DNA from: Podarcis melisellensis | Taxonomy: Eukaryota | Length of the DNA: 64,000 bases | Assembly: GCA_964234715.1 (NCBI GenBank) | Contig: OZ174280.1 | Strand: one strand, 5' to 3' | Part shown: positions 24,508 through 38,454 of the stretch, piece after piece | Position numbering within the stretch: the first letter of the stretch is position 1 | Layout of the letters: the number at the start of each line of letters is the position of its first letter | Notes under the pieces: generated by a model | The model's input: only the letters and a program-made list of their open reading frames with translations | Told to the model about the DNA's origin: nothing | The model's database searches: none | Translations under genes and position numbers: made by a program

Positions 24508-25215
24508 TCCTCCTCTCAACTTTGAACCTAGGCGTGGCCTATTAGTCTTTGTCCATTAATTATCATTCAATGGACCAGGAAAGGCTCCAACATTATTGCA
24601 ATTCACACTTGACATAGCAAGAGACAATGGAATTGGGGGAGAAAACCATCTAATCCAATTCTCAGTCTTAAGGCACAACTGTTAAACCTATTAACATAAA
24701 CTTCATGATTACCTGATGATTACAGCTAGAATGGCTTACAGATTATAGTTAAGATGCTTTAACACACAGTTAAGATGGTTTAATATCATAAGCAGGAAAA
24801 CAGGAGTAAAAAAAGAGCCCCATGCCAGAGGCCAACACAGCCTAATTACTAAAACTGTGCACTTGGATTTCCAGATAGTTCAAGTAAGCAAGTCATAGAG
24901 ATGTTAACAAGAGAAATTCAGAGACCACAGCTCTTCTGCTGTAGTACATCTCCATCTTGCTACCTTGACAACAGCTCACTGAAATCTTTGTGATCAGTCA
25001 AGTATTAAAACTGGCATACCAGATTTGTGGCTCTAGCTAAGAAACATGAGGAAATATCGTAAACCCACCTTGCCTTGCTGGTAAATTCTGTTTTGTCCAA
25101 TAAGCCTATATACACAGGGATGACACCCACATGCCAAAACAGCTTTCCCATCTCATGCCAAGCTTGAAAGTAAATGGGCAGCCAGCTTTGAAACAGCTGT
25201 CAAACAACTGCTTAC

Positions 25216-25295
25216 CATCATCGCTGGTATGGTGTTCAGTGACCATATCCTGAGCTGCATCTTCTGTGGAGGCTGTCTCTCCATGGGGGCTTTCA
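25216..25295 (-). CDS. SRGAP2: SRGAP2 exon 18 equivalent, acidic linker
   Basis: tcttgcag|TGAAAGC...GATGATG|gtaagc; ESPHGETASTEDAAQDMVTEHHTSDD. Confidence 0.95.
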
Positions 25296-26099
25296 CTGCA
25301 AGAAGAAAGACAGAGAGGGCTACGTTGACGGGGCATGTTTTCCTGTTTTTTTCAAAAAAGAAAAGAACTGGCTGGTAAATGGTATGTGGCACCAGGGGTA
25401 TCCCAGTGACACTTGAACTTTTGGGTGGAAGAGCAATGTTTCATGGAGACATGCAAAGCATGTAGTTTGGAGAGTAGCAACCTTTTGAGGCTTGGGTGGC
25501 AATAGTAACTTCTCTCCTTAAGCTTAACTCTGCAGGGGGTGGGGGACAAAAGCTCCTACACCACACGGACTTGTCATAGATGGGGCTTTTGGAATAGGTC
25601 AGAAGATGGGAGGCACATGTCCTGGTCCTACATCCCGAAGAATATGTGATGGTCCATCTACTCCAGCACAGGTCAACATGTGAAGTTGCCTTACGGTGAA
25701 TCTGACTCTTGGTCCACCTAACCCAATATAGTTTACTTGGATTTGCAGCAGCTTTCCAGGGTCTTTGCTACCTGAACCTTTTAACTGAATATGCTGGTGA
25801 TTAAACTTGGAATCGTCTGCATGTGCTGTACTACAGAGCTATGGGCCCTACTAACAGTTTAGCTGGTGCCATGAAATGCTTGAAAAACATGGGGCATGAG
25901 GTGTGTTGTGTGAGAGCTGGGAACAAAGGCTTGAAAGTCTATCAGCGGGTGCCACATGAGGTGACGTTCACAATGCTAAGCTCTGAATGGGACCTGTCTA
26001 AGATGTAAATTCTTTGCAAGTTTTGTGACATGGTAGAAAAAGTTCTTAATTAAATAACTAAAGTACCCCTTGCCTGTCTCACAATGGCTTCTCTACAAA

Positions 26100-26700
26100 C
26101 AATTTAAAGTGCTAGCTTTGACTCCTACACTGCTTGGGATCCCCATACCTAAAGGAACGCTCCTTACCATATGTACCTACCCAGGCCCTGAGGTCATCGG
26201 TGGAGTCCCTTCTTCAAGTTCCCTCTCAGAATGAAATTTGGAGGGTAATTCCAAGGGAGATGGCCTTTTCAGTAGTGGCCTCCCCTTCGTGGAATGCTCT
26301 TGCTAGAAAAACTTATCTAAAGTTTTGTCTACTTTATAAGATCTTATTAATTAATAAATTTTGTATATGGCCTTCCGTCTGTAGATCTCAGGTCAATTCA
26401 CAAAGGTTTGACATCAGGAAAAGACTTTTTTTTTTGTTCACTGGGGCTTTATTATTTATTTTTATTGTTTTATTATAGTATTTGTCGAATGGTGGCATTA
26501 TGTTCAGATTTTAGCTTTTGTAGCTGGGCTGTATTTTGTGGCTTTGTGTCTATCTTGGGATTGTGTGACTGGATTTAAACCAATGTGGGTCAGTTTTACT
26601 GATTTATGTCTTTATTGAGTGGTTTCTTTTACCCCCCCCCCCACAAATTTTACTGTGCATGCCACCTAGATAGTATTTTTATCAGGCAGTTCATAAACTG
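26100..26700 (+). mobile_element. L2 LINE 3' fragment
   Basis: Remnant GSPYLKERSLPYVPTQALRSS...AFSVVASPSWNAL followed by a T-rich tail; boundaries approximate. Confidence 0.75.
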
Positions 26701-27488
26701 AACTGAACTGAACCAGCAAAATAAACACATTTTGTTCCATATGCTCTGCGTCAGGCCCAAGGCTCAGGATAGACAAGTAAATACTTTAGTTATGTTGGTT
26801 CAAATTTCAATCCCCCAACTCAAAAGGACACCATTCATTCTTCAGCAGTAGATTTCTTGCATCGTTAGGAGTCTGGACTAGAAGATCTTTGAAGTCCCTG
26901 TCAACTCTGTGGGTGGGATTCACCTAAACAGCCCCAGAAGTCAAAGCCTACTCAAGGACTTTTGTTCATGCAACATTTCCCCATACTATGTGATCCAAAA
27001 TTGCCTGGGGGAACATGGTCAAGAGAGGGGCAAGCTGAAATGCTTGCAGAAACAGAACAATAAATTCCACATTATGATTCTGTCTGGAAAAACTAGTTGC
27101 TTTCCTACTGTTTAGTTTCTCCCTCCTGCACAATTTTTCTTTCCTTTTTAAAAATTTCACCAAGCTGCCCCCACCATTAAGCCTCAGAAGCTCTTCCAGA
27201 TACAGATGGCACTTGGCACAAGTTGTGAAAATATATCAGACCACTAAAATAATAGTTGCTGTGTATTTTTTATCTAGCCTGCCATAGGTGCTGTGCACTC
27301 AATGCAGACACATCCAGAGATAGGGCGTAACAGAGCCTTGTTCCCCTGAATGAGAAGACCAGGATATAATAGGAACTAGACAGCTTCTGTACACTTCCAT
27401 AACCGGACTTAGCTTTCCACCAAATCCCTTGGTCAAGGCAGCGAGATAAGGGGAGTGGGTGCATGTGTAGAGCCTAGAGAGGAAGCCA

Positions 27489-27753
27489 CAGTGGTGGCTG
27501 GTGCCAGTTGGAAGTGGTGGGGGGGAAAGTAGGGAGGCAAATGGTGGGTGGAGGCAAAGGCAATGTCAGGCAGAGACAGCAAATTCTAGTTTTGTCCTCC
27601 TCCTCCCTGCTTAGTTCTGCAAAGGCAAAACTGAGACTAAGGAGGAAGAAACCATTGACCAGGGCCATCCCCTGGGGGAGGTGGATTTGGTTGAGCACAG
27701 ACTGAAGTTGGTGGGGCAGTGCCCCATTTACCCTAATGAATCAGCCTCCACTG
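27489..27753. mobile_element. Possible DNA-transposon MITE
   Basis: Imperfect TIR CAGTGGTGGCTGGT / ATCAGCCTCCACTG; no TSD seen. Confidence 0.45.
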
Positions 27754-29755
27754 TCCTCCCATTCTCTCCCCCCCCCCAGTAAGTAGATGTCTGACATGCT
27801 AAGTACCCATACAGTACATCTGGAAGGAAAGATAGGATTCGTTATGCCACCCTACCCCTCATTTTGGGGGAAATGTAAGAAGCTGTTGTGGATGCCACAA
27901 AATAACCAATTCACAGAATTAAAACTGGTGATGTTCAGAACCCACCCCCAAACAGGGGCCCTCACCCCAATAAAGTAGACAAAAAAGCAAGCAACCGCCC
28001 CCAGCCCCCCAAAAGGTACACTTTGAACTGAACAACCACCCACACCCAAAAATCCATTAAAAATAACTGGGAGGGAAGGGGACCTTAGTGGGCACAGAAT
28101 TCTTCTGTGATTGAGCATGACACCTGCAGCAGACTATATTTAGCCTGCCTTGTAGCTTACTAGATCAGAAGTGGGAAATAGATAAGGCAATTCAGACATT
28201 TACAGATACTTCAGTATTAATCAAAAGGCACGATTTTGCCCTATTATGATTATACCAATATCAACTGGGTGGCTGGGGAAACCCAGCCAGATGGGCGGGG
28301 TATAAAAAATAAAAAAAATATTACTTGTTTGTGTACAGTTGTAGACTGATTTTTGGTCTCACTAAAATCCTCAGATTTCTTCACAGTGGAATGCTTTGTA
28401 TCATCTTTTTTAGGAATTAACTGACTGCCATTTTTAATAAAAGTGTGTGTATGCATATGCATGTTGAACAAAATGGAACATCTCATTACAGTTAATCTAT
28501 ATGAAACCCCAGCTTTTGAGTTGCATCCAGAATCTGCATCTTAGGAGATGACAGGCAGTCCTCCTATATTTATCAAAGCATGGTAAGTAAGACATTTAAA
28601 GGCAATGGCGAACATTTCAGATTTTGAGATAATGAAGCTTATTATAAAAATGTACTGATGTACAGCACAAAGATATGATCCCATGACATTCCTGCCCCCA
28701 CCCACAAGCTCAATTCTCATTCAGAATTAATTTCCTTGGTTGAAAGAGATACTGTTTTTCTAACTCTTATGTGGCCATTTATGTACTGTACTACAATGAG
28801 GCAGAACACTAGAAGAAATTTACGATGAGAAATACTGTTACAATGTGTTGAGAGAACTAGGGGATCCCTATGCCATGTATGGTAGAAACCTCTGAGGTTC
28901 AGAGCCCTCCACACACTATGACTTAATCCTATGATACTTATGAAGCAAAGGTTGTATTTCTCCTAGCTTAATTACTCTGAACATAAGATGATGAACTGAA
29001 CTCCTTTGCCTTCAAGTGAAGAAACTCACATGACCTAGTGTTTTTTCTAGAAACACAATAATTCCTATCACCTTGTGTTGGATAAATGGTCTTGTGGTGT
29101 GTGCAGGCCAATTTGTTTCCCAATGTTTCACAAAATCAAAACTTCTCACTACAGTTTGTCCCCAAAAATGTTGAACCATGCCCAAGGGTTGTGGTGCACA
29201 TGGACATCCGAAGTGAATGGAAATTAAGTTCATGGTAGAAAATTAAATGGGCACTCAAAGTCCATTTAAGACAAATAGATTTGAGATAAATAGATGTAGA
29301 AAAGAAAGAACACCTGCAATGTATAAGGTACTCTTCACATTCATACTGAAAAGGATGAGGAGCATCTGCCCAGCAACCAAAAACATGTTCAATGAAAACT
29401 GAACAAGATACATGTTACACAATGGAAACAGAATGTATGAACAATTGCTTTATCTGAGATACTAAGAGGGTACATGTCCTGAATAATGCATTTTTCTAAA
29501 ACACTCAAATAAACATCCTGATGATTGGCGCCCACTGATGATGCATTAGTCTTCTGTTAAGGGGGGAGGAGGGTGGGAATGGGGGAAAACCAATTGTTCT
29601 GTTGATGTCATGCTTATATTTTTGAAAACTAATACAAATCTTTTAAAAAGAAAAAAGAAAGGTGGGCAAGATAGCAAGGTTACTGCTATTTTTTTTAGTT
29701 CAGCAGGTTACACATCCGAGGTCCTCTTCGGGCAATACTTTGCTCTGCCACCATT

Positions 29756-29758
<3 letters not shown>

Positions 29759-29826
<68 letters not shown>
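29759..29826. repeat. Compound (CA)n(GA)n microsatellite
   Basis: About 14 CA + 20 GA units. Confidence 0.97.
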
Positions 29827-29828
<2 letters not shown>

Positions 29829-31636
29829 ACAGAAAGATTAGAAGGAAACCTCAGGCTTGAATACTCTGTCCCTTACTCTCTTTACCACAAGATGAAAACA
29901 CTCAAATTGAGAGTTCCCTGCATTATTTGAATCTGTTATCTTCTCTGATCCAGGAAGTTTAAAACTCTCCTTAAAATACTGTTCATTGCCCCACATCCCA
30001 CCTTGTACTGTTTATGGTTTTGGGACAGCAATCATATTGTGACAAGAGAGGGGGGGAGGGAGAGGGAGAGAGGATGCAATGAGACATAGCCACTGCAAAT
30101 TGCTTCAGGACTGAAATGTGAAAATCTTAAGTGAAAGGCATAAACCTGGCCTAATCCATAGAGAATAATGGAACCAGATGGCTTCTGAAGCAGCCTTTCA
30201 TACGGAGTTTGTTTGCAAGCCATACAAAGTGCATAATGTTAGGTATATTATACTTATCATATTATATTTCCATCATTATTTATTTTATATAACAATTTTT
30301 ATTTTCATAAAAATAAAATAGAAATATTGATACAGATAATATCTGTCCAGAAAGAAGGTTACAACCATAAAATTCACGATACAACATTTAGGATTTCTTG
30401 GCAAATTCTTTCATTCCAGTACAAGAAGGATCTTCAACTGTCCGTGACTGTAGGTTGTATAATTTCTCAAAGTCTTTTAACACAAGTAATTTTTTTTTTA
30501 TCATCACCAAGGTCTGCTGGGCACTTCAGAGCCCATTGTCCAAAGTCGGCAAGTTTGATTTCTTCAAACATTTTCCATAATTTTTGATGCTCTTTTAAAC
30601 ACCAGCTGCTGAAATACCAATAAACTAGTTTCTATACCTCTTTCCCAGCTGCAAATACCACTGTGTGGTATCTTGAAAACTCTAAGTAAATGCACTAATG
30701 GAGGCACTTATTTACATATAGTATTGTGGTCATTTTGCGACCAAGATTAAATAGCAAAAGGGGCTTAACTAAACAAAATAAAACTAAGATCAGTAGCAAA
30801 CGAAAGCAAAGAAAGGCTCCACTTTTTGGAAGTATGAATACAGTATGAGAATGTGCTGTGTGGCCTTGCAGTCTGGGGTTCAGTGTCTGCACTGTGCATA
30901 GTAGCTGAGAGGAAAGGGGTTGTTCTGATGAAGATGCAACCAAGCGGGTTATTTTCACATTCTTCTTTTCAGGTAAAATAGTGGGGCAAGCTGCTCCACC
31001 ACTACAACTCCCCCCTCCCCCCCCCCCCGCCACCAATCTAATGACAGGAGCTGCTCTGGCTGAATTGTTTGCAGATGTCGGCTTCAGACTAAATGCGCAG
31101 CCAGGCCCCCCTGTGCACTGGGCAGGAGAGAAAGGAAGGCTTCAAGTTTCCCCCACTTGTTGCTGCTGCCCTGAAATTAACCCATGCTGCAGCTTTCTAA
31201 GTTCAGCTGCTACTGACCTTGTCTCTGAAGTAAAGTCGCTCAAGACATGTGGAAAAATGAGAAGAATGTCAGCGATGAATTCAGGCTATGTGTCTGCTGT
31301 GCAGCTTTCGCCAGCAGATTACGGTAATGACCATAACACCCTTATGGACAGTTTCATGGGCATTATCCTTTGGTATAATGAAGTGCAGTCATGCAATGTG
31401 CTTTCTGAATCTTCGGGGCCTGCAGGTTTAGGGTGGGGAAAATCTGTTGCACTCAGGACTGTGAACCTCACCAATCTTGCCTCTGCTCAGTATGTGACTC
31501 ACAATCGGGATAAGTTCTGGGGCCAGCATTTGAAACGGGGAAATGATAGCATTGTCGAAATATGCAATTTACTAGTCAGACTACAATCTAGCGCTATATA
31601 CCCCCTTCACTTGTTACCCATTATCTCCTACCGTAC

Positions 31637-31861
31637 CAGTAATCCTCAGTGCTTCCACCCCTGGTGTATATAGGGCCCTCCAGCTCTCTTGGTCCTGGGA
31701 AGACATTCTCGTGTTGTATGATTATAGTTTTGATGAGCTCATTGACATGGGCTTGGCAGGAGACCTGATCGTGGCCTTCAGGCACTGACATCAGCGTGGG
31801 CCCAAAGCAGATGGCTAAATTGTAGGGGTCCATCATGTTGTCTTCACTGAACTGAGATAAA
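31637..31861 (-). CDS. SRGAP2: SRGAP2 exon 17 equivalent, end of RhoGAP
   Basis: ttctgcag|TTTATCTCAG...GATTACTG|gtacgg; LSQFSEDNMMDPYNLAICFGPTLM...GGSTEDY(C); overlaps ORF 31621..31836. Confidence 0.97.
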
Positions 31862-32869
31862 CTGCAGAAGACAGGAAGGAATGAGAGGAAGAGGGTGAAT
31901 TAGGAGCAATGATACCTACAGTACAGAGCGAATTGTTAAAATGGAGGGAGGTTAGCTCTGCTTGCTCGGAATTTAAAACTTGATCTCATGTGGCAGGAAT
32001 GTATTGAGGCTACTTAGGAAAAAAGGACCACCACCCTCAACAGTAATGGTATTTACCAAAAGAACGGCGAGTTTTTCTGGCTGTACCGCTCTGGATCAAA
32101 TTCAATTTTGTTTGCATAGATGGTGCTTCTCTGATCATTTGCACTGAATGCATATTCAGAGCACTTCCCTGCTGACTAGCGCATTGATTTCTTTATTAAG
32201 CAGCCAGACTCTTTTCCATTTTCTGAACATCCCTTCAATTAACACGTAGGGCATTCGTTAAAAGCGTGTGTGCATGTGTTGGGAAGAGTCATCATCATCT
32301 AGCTCCCTTTTAAGGAGGCTTATTCTCCGTGCCGATTGAATGCTGTTGCCAGGGATTTATTTCTTGGCATGTCGTTCAGTGCACCCTGCCTGGATAGCAG
32401 CTGCAGAAGCAACACCTCCTATCCAGCCAAGAAACAGATGAAAGTGTGACTGAGCCACGGTGCCGCATGGTTCACAGCACAAGGCTGCAAAGAACCTGGC
32501 AACCAGCACACCCCTCTGGCTTTTTCCATTTGCACCCTTCCTCACAGCCAACATTTATCTCTCTTTCAGCTGCCCAAGAACTGCTGAGAATGCTAAAATG
32601 CCATGCCAACATTCAAAATGGAATGTCAGTCATGGGTATTTTGAGCATCTGTCAGTGTAACGCAGTGAAAATGTTTGAAGTTAAACAAGGCTCAGAGGGA
32701 CAACTTTGCTTTGAAAGGTTGGGGGATCTCACAAACCCCACCTTACTGTGGCTGCCTGGGGTATTATGTTTGCCACTGCCAAGAGCATGCGATTCAAGTG
32801 CTGCTGTTTAACCCCTGTAACCCTCCAAAAGGCAAAAGAAAAGGCCTCTCTGCCCCACACTTACGTCAT

Positions 32870-33400
32870 TTAAACAATTTATATGCCGCTTAGCTACAAG
32901 AGTCGTTTGCAAAGAATGCAACACAGAAAATAAAAACCAGTTAAAATTAAACTTCAATTTAAATGGCTGCAGGAACAACAAAATAGACAGGGCCTCTCCA
33001 ACCTCATCTGCAAGGGAGTTCCATGAAACTGTCCCTACAATACTAAACAATATAGCTTCTGGTGGATATGAGCTGGGCATCTGAGCCATGACTCCACAAT
33101 GATCAGGCAGGGACAAAAGAGATTAGGCAATTCTTGAGGTACCCTGGGCTCCAATTGTTAAAGGCCTTGTAAATTAATAAAAGAACTTTGGCCTGGTAGT
33201 GTATGAGCAACCAATGCAGACTCCTGAGCACTGAAATTATGTGCTTGTCATAGTTTGTTCCCATTGACAATTTAGCTGCAGCATTTTTCACCAGCTAGAG
33301 TCTCTGGACTAGGGCCAAGAGTAACCTCACGTAGAGCACATAACAATAATCAAGTCTTCCCAATGCACTGATCACTGTAGCCAGACTATCCTTGTTCAAT
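32870..33400 (-). mobile_element. L2 LINE fragment
   Basis: Remnant NAAAKL...HIISVLRSLHWL...KVLLLIYKAFN...PGYL, a typical L2 ORF2 C-terminus; boundaries approximate. Confidence 0.8.
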
Positions 33401-33914
33401 GAAAGCTGTATGCAGTTCTCTTTCCACCAAGGCCCATCAAAACTCTTTTACAAGCATTCATCTGAACATGTGAGGCTTAAAAAAATGTGTAGAATGGTGC
33501 AGGACACATATGCAAACTAAGATCCCCAAGAACTCGGGCTTCTTCAAGACCTTGGTGTGTTTGGCTGAACATGCATAGGAACCTTATCACGATAAGGAAC
33601 CCTGCCTTATTACTGCTCTTCACTGGGCAGAGGCTTCTAAGCATGATCAGCCAAACCCCACATGGACATCTGTGCTGAATGCACAAAGGTCGGAAAGGAA
33701 TCCACATGCAGGGCTGGGGGGCAACGGATGAGGCTTGCAGGCATGACTACATCCTCTACACAATTTTAACTGTCACATGTTCAAGCAAATGCCCAAAGGA
33801 GGCTGGAGTCTCAGTTTCCTTTGCAAGCATTTAATTAAGTTTCTGGAAATAAGGTTTTAAGTGGGGGAAAGAGTTATAGAATAAAGCTTGATTTTTAACC
33901 AGATATGTTATCAC

Positions 33915-34161
33915 ATATGTGACCAGCATGACTAAGCTGCTTCTGGCGAAACCAAAGCAGCTTACAGAAACACCGTTTACCTTCCCGCTGGGGCGGTACC
34001 TATTTATCTACTTGCATTTTTTGATGTGCTTTTGAACTGCTAGGTTGGCAGGAGCTGGGACCGAACAACGGGAGCTCACCCTGTCGTGGGGATTTAAACC
34101 ACCGACCTTCCAATCAGCAAGCCCAAGGCTCAGTGGTTTACACCACAGCGCCACCCGCATC
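33915..34161 (-). mobile_element. Sauria SINE (Squam1), partial
   Basis: GACTAAGCTGCTTCTGGCGAA...GCGGTACCTATTTATCTACTTGCA...GGTTGGCAGGAGCTGGGAC...CACAGCGCCACCCGC. Confidence 0.9.
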
Positions 34162-35292
34162 ATATTTAGGGCAAGCTAAATATGAACTCTGCTATATGAA
34201 CAAAATATGAACTCTGCTAGCTAGCAACTTCCAGTGGCTGGCACCTGCTTTTTTAGCCCCTCATGTTCATACACGGGATTCTCAAAACCAAACTCCTTCC
34301 CTCCAATGTTGGGACTGTCCCCTGTTTAGAACCCCTCCAAAGCTATATATCTGCCAAATTAAAATGCAAAGTGAGAAGAGTGAGTGTCCTCCGTGGCAAT
34401 GCAGTTTTCTAAACGGTCAGGTTTGTGTGATTAAATCTTAAAAGCAAATTGCATCAATTTGGGCATTTCAGGGCACCAAGTTAATGGTTAAGCACAAAAC
34501 TGGGTTATTTGATGCCTGGACAATTCTTCTTGAAACAAACACAGTTTTCCAGTCCAGTTCTTTGAATAATGAGACACTATTAAGGGCGGAAGCAGCCATT
34601 CACTTCAGTGACTTAGAAGCGGCATCTGAGGGAAGGGAATCCCAAGGCATGGAAGAATTTCCTAACACTGCTGTGGAAAGTTCTGTTCCTGAGCTGCAGG
34701 AAGTGGGGTCTTTCCTATCTAACAGTATCTGGAGGGGTGGCAGGACAATGACACACTTTGTGGGGATATGGTTTTGAATTTTCCAGGCCGCAATCAAGAC
34801 CTCATTGTTTTCCAGAGCAATACTACAGGAAGTCTCAAGACAGGCCTTATTTCATCCGAACAAAAATTCTCCAGTACCCTGAAACGATGGCTGTCCCTAA
34901 AAGGTAGCTCTTTTAGCAAGATTTCCACTTAGAAACAGGGAACAGCAATACTGGTCATGGAGATTTTTGCCAACAGAATGCTACCTGAACAAGAAAAAAA
35001 GCCCACAGGTTGGCAGTAAAAATACAAGTGATATTCAGAGATGAGCTCAAGCACAGGCTCCAACTAAAAAGAAACAAATGCTTTACACTTAAGTGATCAG
35101 GAACTCAGTTCTGTGCATAATCTGAATGACTGGGAGAGCCTCTTTCTTGCAGGTCTCATGGAAACCTTCACACAAAGGGTGGAGAGTCATCTCTTGAGGC
35201 TTCTGGACTCCAAGCAAGGCCCATCAACTCTATGATTCTTACTTGGCAAACCAACACTACAGACCTATCTGTTGTGCTTGAGGAATACTTAC

Positions 35293-35398
35293 TGATTGAG
35301 GAATGCAAAGAGGTATCTCATTACAATCAAAGTGGTTTTAGGCAAAGTCAGGAGGACTTTCCGGATGTGTAGAGCTCTCTCCTGCAGATTGTCCATTG
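35293..35398 (-). CDS. SRGAP2: SRGAP2 exon 16 equivalent, RhoGAP
   Basis: cctcccag|CAATGGAC...CTCAATCA|gtaagt; TMDNLQERALHIRKVLLTLPKTTLIVMRYLFAFLN(H). Confidence 0.97.
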
Positions 35399-37467
35399 CT
35401 GGGAGGAAGGAGAAAAAAGAGCAGCAGCTGCTGTTTAATCACACAATAAGTGGCATTGCAATATCTATGGAAACTTTACATTGCTACTTTTGAGTACTGT
35501 TTCATATTTATATGGGTGCAGGAAAAATCCAATGCATGAAGACTGTGCCAAAGTCTATTTTATCACATGGGAAGTGAGAACTTACTGCCACCTGCAGCCC
35601 CTCAAGATGACACATGAAGTAAAACAGAAATGTGACTTCAGTGTCATTTGTGAAACGACCCTTAATTGGGGGTGGGATGGGGGGGAAAGGCAACAAAAGC
35701 AACTTGGAAGGAAAGGGTCTGAGCAGTTCTTGAAAACATTCATGAAGCCCTGCACAGAAGATGACAGAGGCATGATTTCCTATCTGTTATGAAAAAGGTC
35801 CTTCAAAGCAGATGAGAAATTTATCTTCAAGGTCCATGCAGTGCGGGTGAATTGAGTGTTGTATGTTGCACAAGCCACAACACAATAGCCCATTAAAGTT
35901 AGCTCTGTAAGGTGGGTGTCTTAAGCGAAACCTTTGGCACAGTATTCCACAGATAGATTAACATAACTGGAGGGTGAGGTAAAGAGCTCTGTCTGCAGCA
36001 GTCTAATGGGAAAAAAGTGGGCAGCATATATCCTTGGCTCTGGAAGTCCAGAATTATTTGGCAACAGACTGCTCTTTTCATCTAACAGGAGTAAAACTGT
36101 GTAGACTAATTTGCAGGGAGAATGAAACCACAGATCCTTTTAAAAGGAGCTCTCCTACATGCTACTTCAAAGGCTGCTTCCATCACTGACATTCTTACAC
36201 TCGGACAATGGATTCATTGTTTGTTCTCTGAATGAGTCAGGGGGAGTTCATTGCAAACTTGAAGTCATAAGAACATTAAAAAGCACCCTTGAAATGATAA
36301 AGTTGTACGTTAACAGCTTAACTAGTTGAAAGTCATTTTCTATGTTCTGTACAGAAACACCATAAGGAATTGACTCTTATGGTTATGGAAGGTACCCGGC
36401 CAAAAAAAGACACAGCTGCTGGGTTTCTAAATATACATACAGCCCAAGACACATTGCAACTACTGTGTCTTCAAACAGTATAGACAGCAAGTTCTCTCCC
36501 CCCCCCCGCCTTTTCTTTCTTTTTTTAAGGGTGAGTCAACTAGGAGACTTCCTGTACTGCTTGTCGGTCAGTTTCTCTTTAACATAGTATTTCCCTGATG
36601 TTTCATTAGTAGTTCTAATCTGTTAATTGCTATGGAATTCTGGGCTGAAAGGCAATATAGAAAACATTTTAAATGAATTAATACAATAGACATATTGATG
36701 ACTTAACTGTCAACAGGCCTTGGCTAATGAGAAGCAAACAGAAAGAGGTCCTTTTTCCAACTCTTGTTCTGCGTTTAATGTTGCCACCTCAGCAACAAAC
36801 TGGGGCATCAAATTATAGTAGGTTCTAATACAACCTTGTACAATTCCGGTTTCTTGCTCATTTTCCTTGAGATACTATCAAAGTATCAGGGAATGTTCTA
36901 AGAAGCCAGCAGCATGGTTTTAGAGAGATAGCTGAAGTCTTACAAGTGCTGGGGGGGGTGTGTGTAAAGAGGGGAGGTTGTGTAGACACAGAGGATGGAT
37001 AATGAGCAAGTTCCCACAGATATATAAAAAAGGCTGACCTATGTAAGATGTTATCATTAACTGACTTTTATGGGGGCGGAGGGCACAGAGAGAAAAATGT
37101 CAGAAGGTGCAAGAATCTTTATTATATGTATTATAGAAAATGTGCTTTGTGCCAGTTATATTAAGAATTCTGGCTGAAGAAAAGCACGTTCAATTTTTGT
37201 TGGGGTTAGATTTTGCATCGGTGAATGGCATTAACATTTTGATTATTGTTTTCATGCATTAAAATTGTCATTTTAACATATCTCCTGAAGAAAAACATTT
37301 CCGCTTCAATGCACATTAGAATATGTGTTACTTTCTACGTTAAATATTTTTACACCTTTGTGGTTTGCTACTCATTCTGTCACTCGACAGGGGCAGCTAT
37401 CTCCTTGTGTTGTGTTTCTTTGCATGCCTTATCTTCAACTGACTCATTTCATCCTTGTGCTACTTAC

Positions 37468-37602
37468 TGACACAGGCAATCAGGTCATGAAAGATTTCCT
37501 TGGGGAAGAGGGGATGCTCTAGCCCACGAAAGTAGAGCTTTAGTACACCTGCTATTGAGTCCATATCATGGTCATTTTGATCTCCAGCCAGTGGATCCTC
37601 CC
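37468..37602 (-). CDS. SRGAP2: SRGAP2 exon 15 equivalent, RhoGAP
   Basis: aaccag|GGGAGGAT...TGTGTCA|gtaagt; GEDPLAGDQNDHDMDSIAGVLKLYFRGLEHPLFPKEIFHDLIACV. Confidence 0.97.
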
Positions 37603-37742
37603 CTGGTTACCACAAAACAAGAATGACAAGAGAACAGACAGAAAAGGTGCATATTAACAAAATAAAATAAATAGTAATCTATCAGAAGCTTGAACCTCAC
37701 AGAAGGAGAAATAACAGGCAGGAGCCCAAGCGGCTCATAATA

Positions 37743-38336
37743 TGTAACCTATAATGATTTCAAACACCCCTCCCCTCCCCCCCCAAATGAGGAGATTTCA
37801 CCCCTCCCATACCCAAGAATCTCCTGAGAATCTCCTGAGGTCTCTGCTGACTCTACAGAGAGGAGGAGCAATGTACTGCTCTCTACTTAATTAGTCAAGT
37901 GAGTGAATCTGTGTGTGTGAGAGAGTCAGTCAGTGTGTCGGAGAGAGAGTGCAAGAGATCGTGTTTATAGATAAGATTGCTGCTAAGAGCAGCTGCAGGC
38001 ACTCAGAATATAGCATTGATTTATGCTCAGAATATTTAGCTCTGTATATAGTTTTGTATCATAGTTGTAGTTATAGAATAAAGGAGAATATTTTACAGAG
38101 CTGCTCTCCGAGTGGTTTATACTCTGCAAGACTCTGCAAAACGCTGCTGCGCAACGACTGTATTATTGAGACAGTGAATCCGGTGCTCTCAGCTCCAAGC
38201 TGTGAGTCCACAGCACTGTGACCTGTTCCTGTGGGAAAGGAGGTCTCTGGCAGTGCTACCCAGCTCGCCTAGCCCAGTCGGGGCTGTAGTGCATGAGTCC
38301 AGTTGGTACACTGGCTCAAGGGCGATGCTGACACCA
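37743..38336 (+). mobile_element. Solo LTR (594 bp), Gypsy or ERV1-like
   Basis: AATA|TGTAAC...ACACCA|AATA (TG..CA ends, 4-bp TSD); internal AATAAA 38077-38082. Confidence 0.82.
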
Positions 38337-38454
38337 AATAGGTATCCAACAAAAGATTCTATGTAAGTACATTGGGTAAGCAACACCTCTCAGCAGCCCC
38401 AACTCCTATCCAAAGACAGTCAACAAAAGGTTAACATATGTACATGGGGCAACA

